A stretch of DNA of 47,727 bases. Origin: a virus (taxonomy: Duplodnaviria; Heunggongvirae; Uroviricota; Caudoviricetes). Of the stretch, positions 1 to 10,037 are shown in pieces; the first letter of the stretch is position 1; each line of letters begins with the position of its first letter. The notes under the pieces are model-generated. The model was not told the DNA's origin. It did not search any database and saw only the letters and a list, made by a program, of their open reading frames with translations. The position numbers and the translations under genes were made by a program. Where the stretch lies: IMG/VR virus record IMGVR_UViG_3300035501_000524. The stretch is one strand, 5' to 3'.

Positions 1-1
1 T

Positions 2-109
2 AGTAGTAGTTTATCTATCACTGATAATGACACTATTGGTGAGAATTCATCGAGTACTACAACAAGACAAGGTCTACAAATTGATATGGTTTGGGGCAGT
101 TTCGAATAA
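2..109 (+). CDS. 3' end of an upstream gene (partial; ...GLQIDMVWGSFE*), probably structural
   Basis: Open frame from base 2 to TAA at 107-109; Ser/Thr-rich; lies directly upstream of the tail module. Confidence 0.6.
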   Translation, partial: SSSLSITDNDTIGENSSSTTTRQGLQIDMVWGSFE

Positions 110-139
110 TCTATAATTTTTAATTTTTAGATCAATTAG
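91..139 (+). promoter_or_regulatory. Candidate phage late-promoter motif copy (TTGGGGCAG-N25-TTTTA-GAT)
   Basis: Aligns with copies at 10673 (+) and 19194 (-) with identical spacing. Confidence 0.35.
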
Positions 140-148
140 AGAGGTGAG

Positions 149-182
149 AAGCCGAAGAGATTATCTCTCTTCGGCTTTTTCT
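149..182 (+). terminator. Intrinsic terminator-like hairpin
   Basis: 12-bp stem AAGCCGAAGAGA/TCTCTTCGGCTT, 5-nt loop, followed by a T-run. Confidence 0.7.
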
Positions 183-190
183 TTTTATAT

Positions 191-3100
191 ATGATATATA
201 ATGATAGAAAGGAGAATAAAATCCGTATGACAGATAAGACTAAATTTAGACCGGTCAATGGTACAGAAGAGCAAATCTTAAGCGCTTCTAAAACGCCAGG
301 ATATGTTTATTTTGCAACTGATACCGGAAGAATTTATTTAGACTTAGATCAAAATACTCGTATTTCTATGGGCGGTAGTGGTGTTGCTTTATTATATGGT
401 AAAGCTGATACCATCAGTCCAGATGAACAAGGTTTTTACACTTTGAGTTTTGATGATCTTGAGGATGATGTAACTCCAAAAGAAGGAGATCTTATTTTAA
501 ATAAAGATGGAATCTTCTATCGAGTTATGGAAGCGGATTCTGATTCACGCTCTATGCTTTGCGCAATTCTCGCAGTAAGCGGAAGTGGTGGATCAGGTGG
601 CGGTGGTACATCTAGTTTATCTAAGAAAATTGGTATTACCATTCAGCCATTGTCAACAAGTAATCTAATCAATGGTCAGTCTTTTGGAGTATACTTTACT
701 GCAAATTCTGGAGTTGATTATGATGGCTCTGTTATGGATGATAAATTAATAGTTCATTGGACTCTATATGAAAAAGTTGATTCAACTTATATTAAATATA
801 GTGAAGGCCAAATGGATGTTAACTCTGGTGAATTAACAGAATTTGAGTTAGGCGAAAAATTAAGAGAATCAACATCATCTCGTTTAACTATGTATGCTAG
901 TGGTATTAATAGTGGTGAGAGTGCTTCTAAGAGCGTTGATGTTGTTACTGGACAGTTATCATTAACTCAGTCTCAAAATTTCTCAGCAACCGCACGTTAT
1001 ACACCAGATAATGTTAAGTTACAGTGTAATGCAATCGGAAGTATGAATAAAATTCTTGATTTCTATTTTGATGGAACTTTAGTTGAATCTAAAAAATTAA
1101 CTTCTTCATCTGAAAACTTCCAGAGCTATACTGTAAGTTCTAGTTATGCAACACATGGTTATCATTCAGTTCGTATTGAATTATATCAAGCTATTGTCGT
1201 AAGTAATACATGGTCTAGAGGATTGATGGTAGATCCAATAGAATTTGAAATTGGTGTATTCGCAACAGGTAATACAGATCCGGTAATTTGGTTGGGAACT
1301 TATAATGAAGAGTATTATAATTATGATACAATTCAAATTCCATTCTTGGTATACGATCCTTCAAGCACAGCCTCTGCGCACATCGTATTAAGAAAAAATG
1401 GTAAGGAAATCGCAAGTTCTCCTCGTGATATTGATACTACTACAATGAGTTCTTGGAATATCTTTGAAATTGCAGATGCAGATTTGGATATGGTAAATAG
1501 ATATTCTATTTCTTGCGGCGACATAACAAGAGATATTACCTTTACTGTAGTTCAAGACCCGAACAGAACAATGGAAGTTGTTAAACAAGAGTCCTTGAAA
1601 TTGAACTTTGACGCAAAGGGTCGTTCAAATAGTGAATCCGCAGTTAATCGTGAAACATGGACTACTGATGATGGTTCTATTAAAGCTACATTTAAGGATT
1701 TCAACTGGTATAATAATGGTTGGGTTCTTGATGATGACAATAATACTTGTTTACGTATTAGTAATGGAGCAGAATTTTCTATTCCTATTGGAACATTAAC
1801 TTATGGTTCAACTGATATTTCTAAACAGTCTAACTCTATTGAAATTCAATTCAGAGTTCGTAATGTACAGGATTACTCAAGCTTGATTCATAACGTAACA
1901 CGTTACAATGGTGATGATAAATTCTATACAGCATTTAAAGCGCAGTCTTACTATACTAACTACGATTCATTCCTTCATTATTACCTTCCTCTTTACAATG
2001 CAACTGTAAGTGAAGATCAACAGGTAGATTATGATGATCTTGAGTTTAGTAGAGTTCAGAAAGAGATTAGCTTAAATCGAGTTGCTTGTAGTTATTACTC
2101 AGGTGACGAAAGTGGAGCTGTAGGAATCTGTCTTGGACCGCAAGATGCATTCTTTTCTAATGGAACAAATACTGTAAACGTAAGTTATGTTGAGGATCAG
2201 TTAATCAATATTTCTATGGTATACTCTCATGGTAGCGACCAGATGATGTATATTTATATTAATGGTGTTTTAACTGGTGTTATTAAATCAACAATCGGTC
2301 TATTCACAATTAACTCAAATAAGATTGTATTTAATTCTAATTATTGCGATATTGACTTATACAAAATTAGAGTTTATAATACAGACTTAAATGTAAATGA
2401 TATTGTTACTAACTACTCAGTAGATTTAAAAAATGTAACTATTTACGATCAAAATAAACTTGCAGAAGAAAATACTGCAATTCATGAATATCAGTTTAAA
2501 TATGATAACATGATTAAGTATAATGATGAACATCCAAGTGCTCCTTTAATGCCTTATATCATTTTTGATACAAGTGCAACTGGAAATAATGATAAGCTTT
2601 CTTATTCTAAGAAAACTAAAATTAATATTGGTGTTGAATTCATTAATACCGGTCTTGATAGAGCATATGCTAATGGCGAGTTAGAGAAATATGCTATTGA
2701 AGATGGTTTATGTACCGCTAATTCTAGCGCAGAAGAAAAAGAAGCAGCTGTTAAGAAATATTATCAGCATCATTGCCCAAGCTTTATTGGCGATAATATC
2801 AGCATGGCTGTTCAAGGAACATCTTCAGAGTTCTATCCAAGACGTAACTATAAATTAAAGACTAAGAATACAGATAAAGATGGTGTAGATAGAATTCATA
2901 TCTTCTTACATAAAGGTCCATTCGCTGCAGATTATGCAGAGGATTCAGAAAATACTCGTCAGAAATTCTTCTACATGGATAACTATACAAATGGTACAAC
3001 TAAGTTCACTATGAAGATTGACTACATGGAGTCTTCTGGAACTTATAATATGGGCTTTACAAGCTTAATTCATAATGGTTATTCTAAACATCCTTTAAAA

Positions 3101-6100
3101 GATTACAACGATGCGGGAGCATTCCAGAAGCAAGTTGAAAATTATGATAAAGCTACAAGCTTTAAAGAGGGTGAAACATATTATCAGTATGATGCATCTT
3201 CTAATAAGTATTCTAAGACAAAAGATACAGTAGATGCAAATAATGTTACTGACTATTATGTATCTAATCCAAAATATGAGGATTATACATTTAAAGACCT
3301 TGATGACTATAGAACCTGTATTACAGGTTATAGAGTTTTAGCTTTCCATAAGAAATCAGATGGAACTTATCAGTACATTGGTATGTATAACATGCTTCTG
3401 GATAAAGGATCTGATGAAGTTTATGGATTTAAACCAGATAAAACTCTTACACAGAAATTCTTAAAGAATAAAGCAATTAGTAAGAAAGCTGAATGTTGGG
3501 AATTTGAAAATAACGCTCGTGGATTTTGTTCATTTAGAGATCCTTGGGGAAGAAGAGAATTATCCTTCAAAGCTCCAGAAAGCGCAGGAAGTAGTGGTTT
3601 CACCTCAGCTAATGCGCCAGTAGTTGCTGATAGTTTTGAGTATCGTTATAATGCAAATGATGACATTCTTGACATTCTCGTTGCTTTAAGTTCTGCATCT
3701 GATGAAGACGAAAAAACTGTTAATGAGAGCTTCCCAGATTATTACATTAAACAGGATCCAACAGATGGACAAGAATTACTATTAGACTTATACAGCAACT
3801 GGGAAAAAGCTGTTAAATGGGTATGGTCAACCTGTACTGAAAATGTAAAAAGCCAAGGCAATTATGTTGAAACTAACGTAGGAAAACAGCTCTATCAGCC
3901 TAATGAATTCTATATCTATGATGAGACAGAAAACGATTACGTTCTTTCAACTGCAAAAGAATGTGATGATTCTTTAACATATTATTCACAAGCTAAAGAT
4001 GGATCTTATGTAAACGCGTATGCTTGTTCATCAGAGAATTTATTCAAAGTAAGTACATTCTATACAATCGTTAATGGTGAATACGTATTATCTGGTGAAA
4101 CTAGTGAATTTGATGAATCTGAAACATATTACAAGTTAATTGACTTCAGTGATGAAGAATTAGCTAAAATAGCAGATAGACTTGTTGAAGTTTGCAATGA
4201 TGAAATATTTGATCCAAGCCAAACATATTATGCCTATGATGGTTCTGTAACTGGTTCTGACTTAGCTACTAAGGTAGTTAAAGTAACAGAAGACACTTAT
4301 GAGCCTGGTAAGTATTATATCGGAAAAGACGTTACTTATGGTAAACATGTTTATAAGTTTGATACAAAAGAATATCGTGCAGATAAATTCGTTTATGAAT
4401 TATCTTCTCACTTTGATATTGAATATGTAGCAACTTATTTCGTAGCTACTGAGGTTATGGAATGTTATGACTCTCGTGGAAAGAACTGTATGATGGCTTC
4501 TTGGGGCCCGCAAAAAGACGGTGGAGATTACATCTGGTATCCAATTTTCTATGATCTTGATACTCAGTTAGGTATTAACAATACTGGTATTCCTTCATTT
4601 GAATATAACGTGGATGCAACAGAAGATGGAAACTTCTCTACATCAGATAGTGTCCTTTGGAATAACTTCTATAAATATTTCAAAGATTCTTATATCGTTA
4701 TGAAATATAAACATCTTAAAGGTGTTACAGATGGAGTTTCTTGGACAAAGCTTGAGCACGCACCATTCTATAGCGTAGATAGAATTGAGAATTGGTATAC
4801 AACTAATCCTTATTGTAGTGAAGAAGTTATGACAACTAATAACAATGCTAAGAAAGTTCAAAGTTTTGCTAAATTAGGAGAAAGACCTTTAATTGCTGTT
4901 AATTTAGATGAATATTATAAGTATATTACAATTTGTAACAGTTCTAGTTATCAGAATGGAGTTACAGGTCATATTGGCACGGCTGGGGATTATACATACG
5001 ATGCGAATGGAACTTACTTCTACGCATTACAAGGAGATCGTTCTTTAAGTAGACAGCAGTTCTTAACAAATCGTTTGGAATATATTGATTCTTGGTTGAA
5101 TCAAGGTAACTATCAACGTGGAGGCGCGAACCGTGTCCGCGGACGTGTGGCCGCAAATAATTCGAATAAAACTTCTGATATTTGGGTTGAAACAGATAAA
5201 GAGCCATACTACAAAGAAGATGGAACGAAGTCTAATTTATTCGATGCTGAGTATTGGTTGAATTTAACACCAATTCGTTCTTCTTATGTAACAGTAAGTG
5301 ATGATAATGAAGCTTATCCTTCTCAGAAGTATGATGGTGTCAATCCAGTCAAATTTAACATTGATGCTATTGAGCAAGGTGTTCGTAAGAGCGCCAACTA
5401 CCCAGAGCAGTTGTTATATATTTACGGATTAAATCAGATGGCTGATTTAGGTGACATGAGTAACCTATATTGGCAAGAGTTTGAAATTTCCGGAAATGCT
5501 TCTAAATTAACTAGACTTTTACTAGGATATGATGGAGTAGATGAAAGCGGAAATAAATGGAAAAATAATAATGTTAACCAGTTCAGTATTCCTTCTAGTA
5601 AATCCTCTTCTGGAATGCCATTATTGAAAGAAGCTAACTTTAGTAATATTTCAGTAAATGGTCAATCTCCAGTCCTTGATTTTACAAGTTGTGAAAAAAT
5701 GCAGAACTTCCGTGCTACTGGATCAAACTTCACAGAGATTAAATTTGCTGAGGGCGTAGCTTTACATACATTATATTTACCAAGTTCAATTACTACTTTA
5801 AGCTTAACTGAAGCAAACTTGTTAACTAATTTAATTACCGATTATCAAGTTCCACAGAGAGATGATAATGGTAATTTAGTAGCTGAAAAAGGTTTATATA
5901 TACAAGGAATGTTTGAGGGTCAAGGAGATACAGTAATTGATAATTTAAGTTTACTTGGTGGAAATCTTGGATACGATAGTTATAAATTACTTGCAAAATA
6001 CTTCGAGCTTCGACGAAGACAGACAGCTTCTATTAGTAAAATTGCAATGACTAATGTTGATTGGTGTCCATATAAGCAGTTAGTTGAAGGAGATTCTTAT

Positions 6101-7741
6101 GATATTTCTAATTCTGACGCTTATTATATTGATAATGGTCATTACGGATTTGATAAATACACTTATAATGCAGCAACATTCCAGACTCAAGTTTTGAATG
6201 GAGAACTTTATAAGCTTGATTCTTCAATTCCAGAAGAAGATATTAATCAAATCGCTGATGTTGAGATGTTAAGAACATTTATTGATAATGGATTATATAC
6301 TGGAACCGCAGAAGGAAGTACAATTCCGAACTTGACAGGTATTATTTATGTTAATAATGATACCGCTTTAGGAGAGCTCTTTATTAAAGATACTCTTGTA
6401 AAAGCATTCCCGAGTTTAACATTCTTCTTTAAGAATGTAAATAAAGCTTACTCCGCTAAATTCATTATCCAAGAGGATGATGGAACTTACACTTATGTAG
6501 ATCATGCAGATACGAAAGTAACTGAGAAGAGTGTTCAGAAGGTTTCTTCTGGAGAATTCTTTACAAATCCATATAAGATGTACAATCCAGTAAAAGATAA
6601 CTACGATTTCCATGGTTGGTCAACAACTAATGATACAACAGGTTTAATTTCAAGTGCAGATGCTACTGCGGAAGAACAGCAAGCTGCTTGGGATGAGTTA
6701 ACATTAGACAACGATGTATATGATTATACATTCTATGCAGTGTTTACTATTCATAAATGGAATATTAGATTCTTATCTGGTACAAAAACTGATAATTTAA
6801 CATTAATTGCTGAATATCAAGTTCCTCATGGAGATGTTCTTTATACTCCAAGTGTATTGGCTACATTGGATGAAAGTGCATTACCTGATGATCAAAGATA
6901 TAAGTTCTTAGGTTATACTCAGAATTTAGCAAATGTAATTGCGGCAAGCGCAGATACAGCTAAATTAACATCTGTAACTAATATGCTTTCAACACAGGAT
7001 ACAGATTTTTATGCAGTATTTACTCAAGAATCAGTATTTACTTCTACTACAGATTTTAAATACTTAAAGTTCTCAAAAACATCCTATACAGATCCATATG
7101 ATAGCTCTTATAGTGCGACTGGATACATGGTAAGACCAGCTGATGGATATTCATTATCTGGTAAAATTACTTTGCCAACTGAATATGATGGTCAACCAAT
7201 CATTAGTGTTGGAGGATTTGGCTCAATGGATATTACTCATGTTTATTGGTATGGAACTCCACAGGTAGTATCTATAGGTAGTAACGCATTTAATGGCTGT
7301 AAAAAATTAGTTTATTTCCAGTTCCCAGGGACAGTCAGATTTATTACTGGTTCTGCATTCGTAGGGTGCAATCAGTTAAAATTATTTGATTTTGGAAATA
7401 TTTTATGTTATATTGGTGAACTTGCTTTCAATATGACATTTAACTCTTCTACAAAAACTGAAAAACTTAGAATTCCAGGTACAGTAAGAGAAATTGGTAA
7501 CTATGCTTTTGCTTACAATGATAATATGAGAGGTATTGCAACTCTTCAGTTCGGAGGACCTGGAGATCCAACTCAAATTACTGCTATTGGTGGTAACTCT
7601 AAAGCTTTTATTCAAAATAGCGGAGCTAAAATTGAGAACGTTGTAGTTTATACATCTGATGGAACTATTTCTGATAATTTAATGAGCTTGATCAATAAGG
7701 GTGTTGAGTATGAAGGAACTATTAGCGTAGTTATGGCTTAA
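191..7741 (+). CDS. Giant multidomain virion/tail-associated protein: LamG-like region, CotH-like atypical kinase, LRR region, InlB-B-repeat-like units and C-terminal BspA-type LRRs (true start probably ATG 227)
   Basis: QGTSSEFYPRRNYKLK, YIGMYNM, YDSRGKN and WYPIFYDLDTQLG resemble CotH kinase motifs; DIDLYKIRVYNTDL is LamG-like; VVSIGSNAFNGCKKL, VRFITGSAFVGCNQL and VREIGNYAFAYN are LRR_5-like; AAGGAG RBS lies just upstream of ATG 227. Confidence 0.75.
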   Translation: MIYNDRKENKIRMTDKTKFRPVNGTEEQILSASKTPGYVYFATDTGRIYLDLDQNTRISMGGSGVALLYGKADTISPDEQGFYTLSFDDLEDDVTPKEGDLILNKDGIFYRVMEADSDSRSMLCAILAVSGSGGSGGGGTSSLSKKIGITIQPLSTSNLINGQSFGVYFTANSGVDYDGSVMDDKLIVHWTLYEKVDSTYIKYSEGQMDVNSGELTEFELGEKLRESTSSRLTMYASGINSGESASKSVDVVTGQLSLTQSQNFSATARYTPDNVKLQCNAIGSMNKILDFYFDGTLVESKKLTSSSENFQSYTVSSSYATHGYHSVRIELYQAIVVSNTWSRGLMVDPIEFEIGVFATGNTDPVIWLGTYNEEYYNYDTIQIPFLVYDPSSTASAHIVLRKNGKEIASSPRDIDTTTMSSWNIFEIADADLDMVNRYSISCGDITRDITFTVVQDPNRTMEVVKQESLKLNFDAKGRSNSESAVNRETWTTDDGSIKATFKDFNWYNNGWVLDDDNNTCLRISNGAEFSIPIGTLTYGSTDISKQSNSIEIQFRVRNVQDYSSLIHNVTRYNGDDKFYTAFKAQSYYTNYDSFLHYYLPLYNATVSEDQQVDYDDLEFSRVQKEISLNRVACSYYSGDESGAVGICLGPQDAFFSNGTNTVNVSYVEDQLINISMVYSHGSDQMMYIYINGVLTGVIKSTIGLFTINSNKIVFNSNYCDIDLYKIRVYNTDLNVNDIVTNYSVDLKNVTIYDQNKLAEENTAIHEYQFKYDNMIKYNDEHPSAPLMPYIIFDTSATGNNDKLSYSKKTKINIGVEFINTGLDRAYANGELEKYAIEDGLCTANSSAEEKEAAVKKYYQHHCPSFIGDNISMAVQGTSSEFYPRRNYKLKTKNTDKDGVDRIHIFLHKGPFAADYAEDSENTRQKFFYMDNYTNGTTKFTMKIDYMESSGTYNMGFTSLIHNGYSKHPLKDYNDAGAFQKQVENYDKATSFKEGETYYQYDASSNKYSKTKDTVDANNVTDYYVSNPKYEDYTFKDLDDYRTCITGYRVLAFHKKSDGTYQYIGMYNMLLDKGSDEVYGFKPDKTLTQKFLKNKAISKKAECWEFENNARGFCSFRDPWGRRELSFKAPESAGSSGFTSANAPVVADSFEYRYNANDDILDILVALSSASDEDEKTVNESFPDYYIKQDPTDGQELLLDLYSNWEKAVKWVWSTCTENVKSQGNYVETNVGKQLYQPNEFYIYDETENDYVLSTAKECDDSLTYYSQAKDGSYVNAYACSSENLFKVSTFYTIVNGEYVLSGETSEFDESETYYKLIDFSDEELAKIADRLVEVCNDEIFDPSQTYYAYDGSVTGSDLATKVVKVTEDTYEPGKYYIGKDVTYGKHVYKFDTKEYRADKFVYELSSHFDIEYVATYFVATEVMECYDSRGKNCMMASWGPQKDGGDYIWYPIFYDLDTQLGINNTGIPSFEYNVDATEDGNFSTSDSVLWNNFYKYFKDSYIVMKYKHLKGVTDGVSWTKLEHAPFYSVDRIENWYTTNPYCSEEVMTTNNNAKKVQSFAKLGERPLIAVNLDEYYKYITICNSSSYQNGVTGHIGTAGDYTYDANGTYFYALQGDRSLSRQQFLTNRLEYIDSWLNQGNYQRGGANRVRGRVAANNSNKTSDIWVETDKEPYYKEDGTKSNLFDAEYWLNLTPIRSSYVTVSDDNEAYPSQKYDGVNPVKFNIDAIEQGVRKSANYPEQLLYIYGLNQMADLGDMSNLYWQEFEISGNASKLTRLLLGYDGVDESGNKWKNNNVNQFSIPSSKSSSGMPLLKEANFSNISVNGQSPVLDFTSCEKMQNFRATGSNFTEIKFAEGVALHTLYLPSSITTLSLTEANLLTNLITDYQVPQRDDNGNLVAEKGLYIQGMFEGQGDTVIDNLSLLGGNLGYDSYKLLAKYFELRRRQTASISKIAMTNVDWCPYKQLVEGDSYDISNSDAYYIDNGHYGFDKYTYNAATFQTQVLNGELYKLDSSIPEEDINQIADVEMLRTFIDNGLYTGTAEGSTIPNLTGIIYVNNDTALGELFIKDTLVKAFPSLTFFFKNVNKAYSAKFIIQEDDGTYTYVDHADTKVTEKSVQKVSSGEFFTNPYKMYNPVKDNYDFHGWSTTNDTTGLISSADATAEEQQAAWDELTLDNDVYDYTFYAVFTIHKWNIRFLSGTKTDNLTLIAEYQVPHGDVLYTPSVLATLDESALPDDQRYKFLGYTQNLANVIAASADTAKLTSVTNMLSTQDTDFYAVFTQESVFTSTTDFKYLKFSKTSYTDPYDSSYSATGYMVRPADGYSLSGKITLPTEYDGQPIISVGGFGSMDITHVYWYGTPQVVSIGSNAFNGCKKLVYFQFPGTVRFITGSAFVGCNQLKLFDFGNILCYIGELAFNMTFNSSTKTEKLRIPGTVREIGNYAFAYNDNMRGIATLQFGGPGDPTQITAIGGNSKAFIQNSGAKIENVVVYTSDGTISDNLMSLINKGVEYEGTISVVMA

Positions 7742-7752
7742 GGAGGGACAAG

Positions 7753-7974
7753 ATGACTAAGACTGTATATTATACATATCTTGGAACAAACGGGACTATT
7801 ACTAGTCCCGTTCATCTTGAAGATATTTATTACACTCGTAAATATTCTTTAAGAGCTGATGTGGGAAAAACTTTAACAAAAGATGGAGAGAATTTCTTCG
7901 CAACAGTTATGGTTCCAGAAGATGAAGTTGACCAGTGGAAAGAGGTTAAAGACCCTCTTACTGGTCAAAAATGA
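7753..7974 (+). CDS. Small hypothetical protein, possibly a partner/chaperone of the giant tail protein
   Basis: AGGAGG RBS; tightly coupled downstream of the 2516-aa gene. Confidence 0.7.
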   Translation: MTKTVYYTYLGTNGTITSPVHLEDIYYTRKYSLRADVGKTLTKDGENFFATVMVPEDEVDQWKEVKDPLTGQK

Positions 7975-8071
7975 TTATTATAAATAATAATACTTTCAAA
8001 ATATTTTGAAAGAATGAGAGGGTGGCAAATGTCACCCTCGAAAATATTATAGAAAGGATTGGACTATATTA

Positions 8072-10003
8072 ATGATTACATATGTTAATGCAGCAAATTC
8101 AGATAAGTATTCTGCTATATTTGAAAAAGCTTTTAATGATTTGCAGACGCATGATGCATCAGGTAAAGAAGTTGAAAAAGGTAGTTCTTCAGCAGTAATT
8201 CCTGATAGTGCGATCGGAACTGGAGTCTTTGATGAAGATGGCCAAGAAATTAAAATGCAATCTCTTAGCTCTCTTGATGAATACTTTTCTTATATCGTTG
8301 AATTAAACAACATTAGTCGTAGATATACTATTCTTCCATTAGACGAAGATGTTTTTGAAATTAACGCAAATGATAGAAGTATTACAGTACCAGCTTCTTT
8401 TAAGAAAAATGGTATTAGTGTACAAGGAGATGAAGTTTCTGAAATCATTTATTTCCGTATTGCTAGATTCTACGACTCTACTGACTTAGATACAAAAGAT
8501 ATCTATATTCAGTGGAAATCTGCCGCACAGGACGAAGATGGTAATTTTATTGAAGGTGTTTCTGTTCCTTGGGTAAAGGATATTGAAAGTGATCCTGGCT
8601 ACATTATTTTCGGTTGGCCTTTATCTTCTAAAATTACCAAAGCCGCAGGTACAATTCAATTCGCTGTTCGTTTTTATAACTATGATAAAGATACTGATAC
8701 TCTTAATTATAGTTTATCAACATTGACTTGTTCAGCAACTATTAAGCCAGGCTTAGATTTTGATATTCCAGGAATTATTCTTGATGGAACTCAAATTGAT
8801 GATTCTACAACTCTATTACATGATAGACTTGTTGATTCTCAACTTGCTTCTGGAGCTGTTCAGGCTGAAAAACCGGAATTTATTAAGAATCTTGTTAAGA
8901 GACTTATTCTTGATGACAATGGACTTAAAGTTTATAGTGTTCAAGCTTATGCACCAGATGCAGGCCAATTAACTTACATTTGGAAGAAATATGATATTGA
9001 TACCAATGATAGAATTCTTGAAGAAGGTGCAATGCCTTATGAAATAACAATGTCTAAGATTTCAGCTGATGAAACAAGGGTAAAAGGAAAACTTTATTAT
9101 ACTCTAGTAAGTGGTTCTGATGGCGTGAATCCATCTTATCAGCTTTATACAGGTGATATCCCTTCAGAAGATCCGACACTTGACATTTATGAGAAATTCT
9201 CTACTGGTACTTTAAATTCTGTTGGTAAATATGTTGTTGTAGCTAAAAACCGTGTACGTCAAAGCACAGCTGAGACAGAAAGTGAAGTTTGTATTGTACC
9301 TCGTCCATCAAAAGTTAATATCAATAAAGATCTTAATGAAAGAGATTATCTCTCACCAGATGATTATGAAGCAGTATTAAGTGTATCAGCTAGCGTTGAG
9401 GATGAAGGAAAAATTACTTATCAATGGTTATACAAAGCTCCCGGCACAGATGAATTCGAGGAGATTGAAGGCGCAACTGAAGCGACTTATATCATCCAGG
9501 GTTCTGCAAATGAAAGCGAAGAAACTGGTGGCGAAGGTGATGGATTCTATAAAGTTATTGTAACTAATAATTTGAATAAAGAAATTGATTCTACTGATAG
9601 CGGAGTTTGTCGTGTAACTCATCCTGCAACTCAGTTAAATGTTCAAATTAATTCTGCACTTTCTAAACAGTACTTCTCATTAAGCGAAGTTCAGAAAAGT
9701 AATGGTTGCGTTATTGTAGCTAGCTGGCCAGAAGGAAGCGGAGAAGTTATTCAGAGACAGGATGAAGATTCTGTAACTTATCAATGGTATAAATATGTTA
9801 CTGATGGAAATGTATTTGAAGAGGATCTCCAGAAGTCTAATGAAGGAGAATACTATTTCCATGGTGACTCTAAGATTGAGGGCGCAACTGAAAAATCCTT
9901 CATTCCAGATGCACAAGGTTATTATTTCTGTGAAGTAACTAATACTTATAATAACACTCAGGCCAAGAGATGTTCTCCATTCTTTGGTATCGCTGACGTT
10001 TAA
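8072..10003 (+). CDS. BppU-like baseplate/tail protein with C-terminal Ig-like domains
   Basis: VQGDEVSEIIYFRIARFYDSTDL...IYIQW...IIFGWPLSSKIT..AGTIQFAVRF resembles the BppU N-terminal domain; repeated ITYQW...IEGATE...GxYxVxVTN are Ig-like strand patterns. Confidence 0.7.
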   Translation: MITYVNAANSDKYSAIFEKAFNDLQTHDASGKEVEKGSSSAVIPDSAIGTGVFDEDGQEIKMQSLSSLDEYFSYIVELNNISRRYTILPLDEDVFEINANDRSITVPASFKKNGISVQGDEVSEIIYFRIARFYDSTDLDTKDIYIQWKSAAQDEDGNFIEGVSVPWVKDIESDPGYIIFGWPLSSKITKAAGTIQFAVRFYNYDKDTDTLNYSLSTLTCSATIKPGLDFDIPGIILDGTQIDDSTTLLHDRLVDSQLASGAVQAEKPEFIKNLVKRLILDDNGLKVYSVQAYAPDAGQLTYIWKKYDIDTNDRILEEGAMPYEITMSKISADETRVKGKLYYTLVSGSDGVNPSYQLYTGDIPSEDPTLDIYEKFSTGTLNSVGKYVVVAKNRVRQSTAETESEVCIVPRPSKVNINKDLNERDYLSPDDYEAVLSVSASVEDEGKITYQWLYKAPGTDEFEEIEGATEATYIIQGSANESEETGGEGDGFYKVIVTNNLNKEIDSTDSGVCRVTHPATQLNVQINSALSKQYFSLSEVQKSNGCVIVASWPEGSGEVIQRQDEDSVTYQWYKYVTDGNVFEEDLQKSNEGEYYFHGDSKIEGATEKSFIPDAQGYYFCEVTNTYNNTQAKRCSPFFGIADV

Positions 10004-10037
10004 TAAAAGCTTGATATTTTAAAAGGAGGATAGGCTA

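Noticed and set aside
1215-9916. Numerous short antisense or alternate-frame ORFs inside the large + strand genes (e.g. 1215-1415, 4962-5207, 8760-8972, 9428-9622)
   Set aside because: They lie entirely within long genes, lack RBSs and have no recognisable motifs; shadow ORFs
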